Positions 15,769 through 20,635 of a stretch of DNA of 20,635 nt are shown here, one piece after another. Within the stretch, counting starts at the first letter, position 1. Every line of letters begins with the position of its first letter. The translations under genes were made by a program, and so were the position numbers. This DNA comes from Nanohaloarchaea archaeon B1-Br10_U2g21. GTDB lineage: Archaea > Nanohalarchaeota > Nanosalinia > Nanosalinales > Nanosalinaceae. Under the pieces are notes generated by a model. The model saw nothing but the letters and a program-made list of their open reading frames with translations, ran no database searches and was not told the DNA's origin. The stretch lies in assembly GCA_001563915.1 (NCBI GenBank), contig LKMP01000015.1:1-20635 (forward strand), read 5' to 3'.

Positions 15769-16487
15769 TGTTCTTCACCTCTGTAACGAGAAAGAAGTGC
15801 TTCACGTTGTTTTCTATCTAAATCTGCGCATCCTTCTTTCGCGAGTTCGACGCATTCCTCCACCTGTTGCGGTGTGAGATCTCCGTCCATCTGTAATAGA
15901 GTAATCTGATCTCCTCCATTAATTGTTGCAATAGGTACATCAGCGTCTCCTTCTTTGTCTTCTTTGCCGTTGACATCAAGCACTACATGATCTCCAACTG
16001 CTCCAGCAGCACATGATGATACAAGACCTTTCATTGGGATTCCTGCATCTGCCAGTGCGAGTGATGCGGCAGTAATTCCTGTTGCTCTTGTTCCTCCATC
16101 TGATTCAATTACTTCCATTGATATGTCAATTCCTGCTGTTGGGAAGTGTTCTAATTCCAGTGCTGGTTCTAGAGCTCTTCTTGCGACTAATCCTATTTCT
16201 TTTGCTCTTCTGTTTGGTCCAGGCCTCATTCTGTCATCTACTGAGAACGGTGCCATATTGTAGCGCATTTTGATTACTGCTCTATCGCTTTCCTGCAAAT
16301 GTCTTGGGTGCAGATCTTGAGGCCCAAATACGGATGCTATAACTCTTGTGTTTCCAATTTCCACCATTGCTGATCCGTCAGCTTCTTTGAGTACTCCCGC
16401 CTCCATTTTTACGTTTCGGAGTTCGTTAGGTTTTCTTCCATCTACTCTCTCTCCGTTTTCGTCTATCCATTGAACTTGTTCGCTCAT
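15765..16487 (-). CDS. rrp41: Exosome phosphorolytic subunit Rrp41
   Basis: RVDGRKPNELR, YNMAPFS, DGGTR phosphate site, EDKEGDAD catalytic Asp residues, LLQMDG. Confidence 0.97.
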   Translation of the reverse strand: MSEQVQWIDENGERVDGRKPNELRNVKMEAGVLKEADGSAMVEIGNTRVIASVFGPQDLHPRHLQESDRAVIKMRYNMAPFSVDDRMRPGPNRRAKEIGLVARRALEPALELEHFPTAGIDISMEVIESDGGTRATGITAASLALADAGIPMKGLVSSCAAGAVGDHVVLDVNGKEDKEGDADVPIATINGGDQITLLQMDGDLTPQQVEECVELAKEGCADLDRKQREALLSRYRGEEQ

Positions 16488-17173
16488 TGTGTTTCACCTG
16501 CCTGTTCTTCTAACCATTCGCCGATTTTGTCTGTAAGTCCACTCATATGAGCTTCTTCCTCGACTTTTTTGATAGCTCTAACCGCCAGATTTGCGTTGTC
16601 TCCAGAAACCCAGATCAATCCATTTTGACCTACGATAATATTACAGTTTGTAGCTTCGTTAATTTGTTTGACCATTGTGCCTTTCTTACCAATTACTCTC
16701 GGCACTTTTGAGGGCGGAATTGTAACTATTCTACCTCCTTCAAGTTTTTTGCAGCGTCTATCTTTCATTGTCAGGTCTACATCCATTGAGTCGGTTACTC
16801 CCTTGACCTTAACAACTACAGCATCACCTACTGCAAAGAAATCAGTTAAATCGTCTTCATCTAGGTCTACATACTGCTCTGTCGCATCAGCAATATTCAA
16901 ATTGCCTTCATAAGGAGAATTAAGCTCTACACTCCACCTAGAGTAAGATACATGAGAGATCTCTCCTATTATAGTATCTCCTTCTTCAGGAATATATCGG
17001 CCAGACATAGGCCTGACCTGTACGGAATTATCTCTGTAAAATACAGTTCCTAAGTATTTAGAAATGATTTTGCCTTCTTCTTCGTAAGCCCCACTGTTAG
17101 CTTTGACGTCTTCGTTCTCAGCGATAACGTCTCCTGGAGCCACTACATCGTTTGATTCTTTCACACGAGTCAT
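16484..17173 (-). CDS. rrp4: Exosome RNA-binding subunit Rrp4
   Basis: VAPGD, YIPEEGDTIIG (S1), KVPRVIGKKGTM..IIVGQNGLIWV (KH). Confidence 0.96.
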   Translation of the reverse strand: MTRVKESNDVVAPGDVIAENEDVKANSGAYEEEGKIISKYLGTVFYRDNSVQVRPMSGRYIPEEGDTIIGEISHVSYSRWSVELNSPYEGNLNIADATEQYVDLDEDDLTDFFAVGDAVVVKVKGVTDSMDVDLTMKDRRCKKLEGGRIVTIPPSKVPRVIGKKGTMVKQINEATNCNIIVGQNGLIWVSGDNANLAVRAIKKVEEEAHMSGLTDKIGEWLEEQAGETQ

Positions 17174-17286
17174 ATACTTTTTACCTCAAATCTTAGTTAA
17201 ATCGTTCCAAAAGATTTTTCTTTATATAAACTAAAAGTTCCCAAACAGTTTTATACCTAGCCAGCTTCACGCCTCTTGCCTTTAGA

Positions 17287-18030
17287 TTATACGTCTTTTA
17301 CCTCAGAATTACCAGAAGTCATCTCCTGCAAGTCCTCCATCAACTCAGTAAGAACTCCTGCAGGCACCTTTATCTTAGCATAGAAAAACTCGTTACCCCA
17401 CTGTTCTTCCAATAACTCTGCTCGCTTCTGCAACAAATTGTAGGCTTTTCCCCCAGAGTCACTTGGAACTTTAATCGCCACAGTTTTCTCATCTAGCGAA
17501 ACAGGGATTATAGGTCTAATAGCTTCTATAGCATCTTTGAACTGAGATTCAACATTTTCCATTGCATCAAAGTCAAACCCTGCTTCTTCTAACGCGTTCT
17601 TTACACGTTGAGGAGGATGAGGATTCCCTGTTTTCGGGTTTTGAGCTCTACGTGCAATCATAGAAATTACTTGTTGCCTCTTATCATTCCGCATCTCAGC
17701 TTTTTGATCAGTAGTAAGCTGCATATCTCCGCTCTCAAAGATTTGTTCTGCAGCATCCATTACTTGTTTTGTTCCAAACTCTTCCTCAAGTTCTCTTGGC
17801 GATGCACGTTCTCCTTTATCCGCATCCTTGAAAACCTGTTGCACGAATAAAAGCCTTTGAATATCATGGTCTGTATCATTAAACCTTGCTTCTTTAGCAG
17901 GATCAGGCTCTACTAGAATCTCAAAAACTTTTTCTCCACGGTACTGAATTCTAATCGCATCAGATGTGTCAAGTCCTTCAGCCTCTCCAGATCCTTTATC
18001 GCCAGTTCCAAAGTTTCCTTGCTGACCCAT
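17287..18030 (-). CDS. sdo1: Ribosome maturation factor SBDS/Sdo1
   Basis: FEILVEP, VFKDADKGERAS, QLTTDQKAEM, NPKTGNPHPPQRV, IRPIIPV; between psmA and rrp4. Confidence 0.94.
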   Translation of the reverse strand: MGQQGNFGTGDKGSGEAEGLDTSDAIRIQYRGEKVFEILVEPDPAKEARFNDTDHDIQRLLFVQQVFKDADKGERASPRELEEEFGTKQVMDAAEQIFESGDMQLTTDQKAEMRNDKRQQVISMIARRAQNPKTGNPHPPQRVKNALEEAGFDFDAMENVESQFKDAIEAIRPIIPVSLDEKTVAIKVPSDSGGKAYNLLQKRAELLEEQWGNEFFYAKIKVPAGVLTELMEDLQEMTSGNSEVKDV

Positions 18031-18132
18031 GAAAAGTCCTTTGAAATCAAATCATTAACAGTGTTTCGGATTTACCTTAAACAAAAAAATGATGAAAAAA
18101 GAAGATAAATGAAGCTAAAAAACTGAATGCCT

Positions 18133-18846
18133 CTAGAGCTCTACTCCTTGATCTTCAAGATCTTCAGGAGAGTAACGCTCAAAGTCTTCTTCAGTATTTA
18201 ACACAGCGAGCTCAACATTCTTCAGTTCAATGTCTTCCTCTCCTTCACTTAACGCCTCTACAGCAAGTTCTATAGCACCATCTTCATCTAGATCTTCTTC
18301 CCAATTTTCTTCAAGATGCTCTTTCGCATTTTCACGCCCTTTACCAATTGCAACCGCATTCCACTGTGAAAGAGTTCCAGAAGGATCTGTATGGTAAACT
18401 TCTGCTTCCCCATCTTTAACCCCTCCACTAATAGTAGAAAGTCCGTAAGGCCTTACTCCTCCATACTGTGTAAATTGCTGACATCTATCAGCAATAAAAG
18501 TTGCAAGTACTGAAGTAGGAATTTCTTCATCAAAAGTCATTAAATGTTTCTGAGCCTCGTTTCTAGCCTCTTCAACAAGCGTTCTACCATCCGCCACAAG
18601 ACCAGAGGTTGCGACACCTATATGGTCATCAAGTTTGAATACTTTTTCCGGATTCCGTACCTGTAATTCTGGCGTACTTCGTGTAGCCGCCAACACTACT
18701 CCGTTATCGTACGTTATTCCGAGCGCTGTTGCTCCTTTTTTGACTGCTTCTTTTGCGTATTCGACCTGGAACAATCTGCCGTCCGGCGAGAAAATCGTGA
18801 TTCCACGGTCGTACTGTTGCTGCTGTGGATTAGTCATCTGCATCAT
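18133..18846 (-). CDS. psmA: Proteasome alpha subunit
   Basis: YDRGITIFSPDGRLFQVEYA, SGLVADGR, TQYGGVRPYG, TDPSG. The exact start among three close ATGs is uncertain. Confidence 0.97.
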   Translation of the reverse strand: MMQMTNPQQQQYDRGITIFSPDGRLFQVEYAKEAVKKGATALGITYDNGVVLAATRSTPELQVRNPEKVFKLDDHIGVATSGLVADGRTLVEEARNEAQKHLMTFDEEIPTSVLATFIADRCQQFTQYGGVRPYGLSTISGGVKDGEAEVYHTDPSGTLSQWNAVAIGKGRENAKEHLEENWEEDLDEDGAIELAVEALSEGEEDIELKNVELAVLNTEEDFERYSPEDLEDQGVEL

Positions 18847-18965
18847 ATCAACACCTTTAGAACTCTACAGTTTTAACTATCAGTCCAAGATTTATTAACT
18901 TGACCGCAACAGAGAAAAGCCTTTTTTAGATTATCACGGCTAAATGCTTCATACCGATAACAAAA

Positions 18966-19092
18966 GGTCCACTAGCTCAGGGGTTAGAGCACCGTCCTTA
19001 TAAGGACCATTACACAAAAAAACTCGCCGAAAGGCCTGTGTAGTGAGCCTCGAGAGAGGCGGCGGTCCCGGGTTCGAATCCCGGGTGGACCA
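18966..19092 (+). tRNA. tRNA-Ile(UAU) with a 54-nt intron at position 37/38 (19003-19056)
   Basis: Acceptor GGTCCAC/GTGGACC+A, D arm GCTC/GAGC, anticodon stem CCGTC/GGCGG with CT-TAT-A|intron|A, T arm CCGGG-TTCGAAT-CCCGG. Anticodon at 18999-19001. CCA is not encoded. Confidence 0.92.
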
Positions 19093-19126
19093 AAGTACCC
19101 ACGTATCTAAATGTCCGTACCGGGAT

Positions 19127-19148
19127 GTCTATTAGACTTCTAATAGAC
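19127..19148. promoter_or_regulatory. Perfect inverted repeat next to the integrase TATA box
   Basis: GTCTATTAGA-CT-TCTAATAGAC, followed by ATTATAAA at 19152-19159. Confidence 0.6.
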
Positions 19149-19198
19149 CCCATTATAAACGAAAACGTTCTGCGGTTCACCCATGAAGGTGAATCAAA

Positions 19199-20635
19199 TT
19201 GACAAACTACGAAGACAAATATCCTAACTTGCATTACATAAGCTCTAAACTCGCTAAAACCGAAGAACTATCGGATCACAATAAACAAGTCTTAGATGAT
19301 TTTTTCGATATCTGGAGAGACAGAGTGAAGAACAAGTCATCCTGTGAAGATTACGCTAACAAATGGCTCAACTTCTCTCCTGAGATCGACTTCAAGATAG
19401 ATGAGGCTACAAGAGACGATATAGAAACGCTCTACAAGAAACTTGAGAGAGGTATTATATCTAAGGATAATGGAGAAAAGTACGATCCTCAGTCAAGAAA
19501 TAAACATCACAAAGCCCTTAGCACATTCTACCGCAACTTCATCGACTATCCTAACAGAGGTTACAACAACAGCGACATCCATGGACCAAGCTTAGTAGAC
19601 GGTCAAAAAGGATTACTGACCACTGAAAAGAACACCAAAGTAAAGAAGGAAACAAAGCCAGATCCTTCACAGATAAAGGAAATAGCATCTAATGTTGACA
19701 AGTTCCGAGATAGATGTATTCTGGTCTTTGGTTGGGCTGTAGGAGCAAGATCTGGAGAAATCTTCCCCACGAAAAGTAAACCTCAACCGTTACTCTGGAA
19801 GGACATAAAGTTCAACGATGATGATACAATGACGGTTCATCTACGTCTCAACCAGAAGAAAAAACCTCCAGAGAGAAGAAGAGTGAATGTGGCAGTTTCT
19901 AAACCGTTAATGATGGAACTATACAGGAGAGAAAGTCCGGAACCTGAAAATCCGGTTTTCAAGAAAGATAATCCGACACTTGTGTGTCCCAGATGCGAAT
20001 CACAGGTAAAGAGAGTCAAAGGTCAGATGAGTAATACCAGTTCTAACCGAAGATATCGGTGCGAGAAGTGTCAAAAGGTCATTAAAAGAAGAAAACTGGT
20101 TGAGGAGTATGGGCCTCTAAAGCGGAAAAGAGTCAATGACATAATAGCTGAGGCTGTAAACAACTCTGATTTCAGAAACCTTGATAAGACAAGCCACAAA
20201 TTCTTCCGGAAGGCTCGTGCATTACAGAAAGTAGCTATGAACTGGAACGACTCCAGTATTAATGGTTTCTTCGGCTGGGAAGTAGGTTCACAAGCCAAGA
20301 AAAAGTATTACGAAGCTCTTGAAGTAAGCCAGAAAAAAGACTTGAAACAGGAACATCCAGAACTCGATATCAACGTTGAAGGAAGGTTCTTCGATGACGC
20401 ATTAAGACCTACAAAGTGTTCAAGCTGTGGAAAACTTAACAGCAGACTCTGGGACTTCTGCATAAGCTGCGACAACTCTCTGACATACCAAGGCTTGAAG
20501 ATGAAAGGAGATAGCTCCAAAGAATCAACGAAAGACGTGATTAGAAACGAAACAAAAGACGAAATGATAGACTTCTTGAAAGAAAAAGCTGGTATCTCCG
20601 AATCAGAGTTTGAAGAAGCTTTAATGCAAAGAGTA
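19199..20635 (+). CDS. Tyrosine recombinase/integrase with two Zn-ribbon motifs (3' end beyond the window)
   Basis: Absent from the ORF track because there is no stop in the window. TTG start 6 nt after AGGTGA; open for 479 codons. Catalytic motifs RDRCIL..GARSGE, SHKFFRK, FFGW, KKYY; also CPRC..CEKC and CSSC..CISC. Confidence 0.9.
   Translation, partial: MTNYEDKYPNLHYISSKLAKTEELSDHNKQVLDDFFDIWRDRVKNKSSCEDYANKWLNFSPEIDFKIDEATRDDIETLYKKLERGIISKDNGEKYDPQSRNKHHKALSTFYRNFIDYPNRGYNNSDIHGPSLVDGQKGLLTTEKNTKVKKETKPDPSQIKEIASNVDKFRDRCILVFGWAVGARSGEIFPTKSKPQPLLWKDIKFNDDDTMTVHLRLNQKKKPPERRRVNVAVSKPLMMELYRRESPEPENPVFKKDNPTLVCPRCESQVKRVKGQMSNTSSNRRYRCEKCQKVIKRRKLVEEYGPLKRKRVNDIIAEAVNNSDFRNLDKTSHKFFRKARALQKVAMNWNDSSINGFFGWEVGSQAKKKYYEALEVSQKKDLKQEHPELDINVEGRFFDDALRPTKCSSCGKLNSRLWDFCISCDNSLTYQGLKMKGDSSKESTKDVIRNETKDEMIDFLKEKAGISESEFEEALMQRV

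Larger units (their letters stand above)
19057..20635 (+). mobile_element. Probable left end of a tRNA-integrated element (provirus or genomic island)
   Basis: Intact integrase about 106 nt downstream of a tRNA, where conserved core synteny ends. The second att repeat is not in the window, so the boundary is inferred. Confidence 0.65.

Noticed and set aside
19127-19148. Palindrome as a dif/Xer site
   Set aside because: The arms are separated by only 2-4 nt rather than the 6-nt spacer of 11-6-11 dif sites.
19010-20520. Minus-strand ORFs of 60-75 aa in the track
   Set aside because: Antisense to the tRNA and to the integrase frame, which carries clear catalytic motifs.

Overview
Compact, AT-rich archaeal chromosome segment with very acidic proteins, most consistent with a DPANN nanohaloarchaeon (inference: acidic proteome with low GC, an exosome operon that Halobacteria lack, and a tRNA-Ile(UAU)). 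It carries two small acidic orphan ORFs, metG, a large surface protein, rps17e, alaX, ABCE1/rli, a NusA-like KH protein, a membrane protein, an FtsZ2-like ftsZ, gatC-gatA, a small Zn-ribbon protein, and sepF at the end of the psmA-SBDS-rrp4-rrp41-rrp42-rpl37Ae-rpoP-pcc1-pfdB-UPF0147 superoperon. It ends with an intron-containing tRNA-Ile(UAU) and a tyrosine integrase that runs off the window, probably the edge of an integrated element. Most notable: (1) ftsZ is bracketed by two unexplained structured elements, four hairpins with a shared GGCA/TGCC loop upstream and two long hairpins with CCCCCTCCCCC loops right after the stop; (2) ABCE1 keeps its N-terminal Fe-S domain but has no cysteines in it; (3) the surface protein has an ALK/LTK-like glycine-rich module inserted inside an Ig-like repeat; (4) metG has no canonical start and appears to begin at ATC; (5) eL43 is cysteine-free. 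All calls come from reading the sequence by eye; no searches were run.
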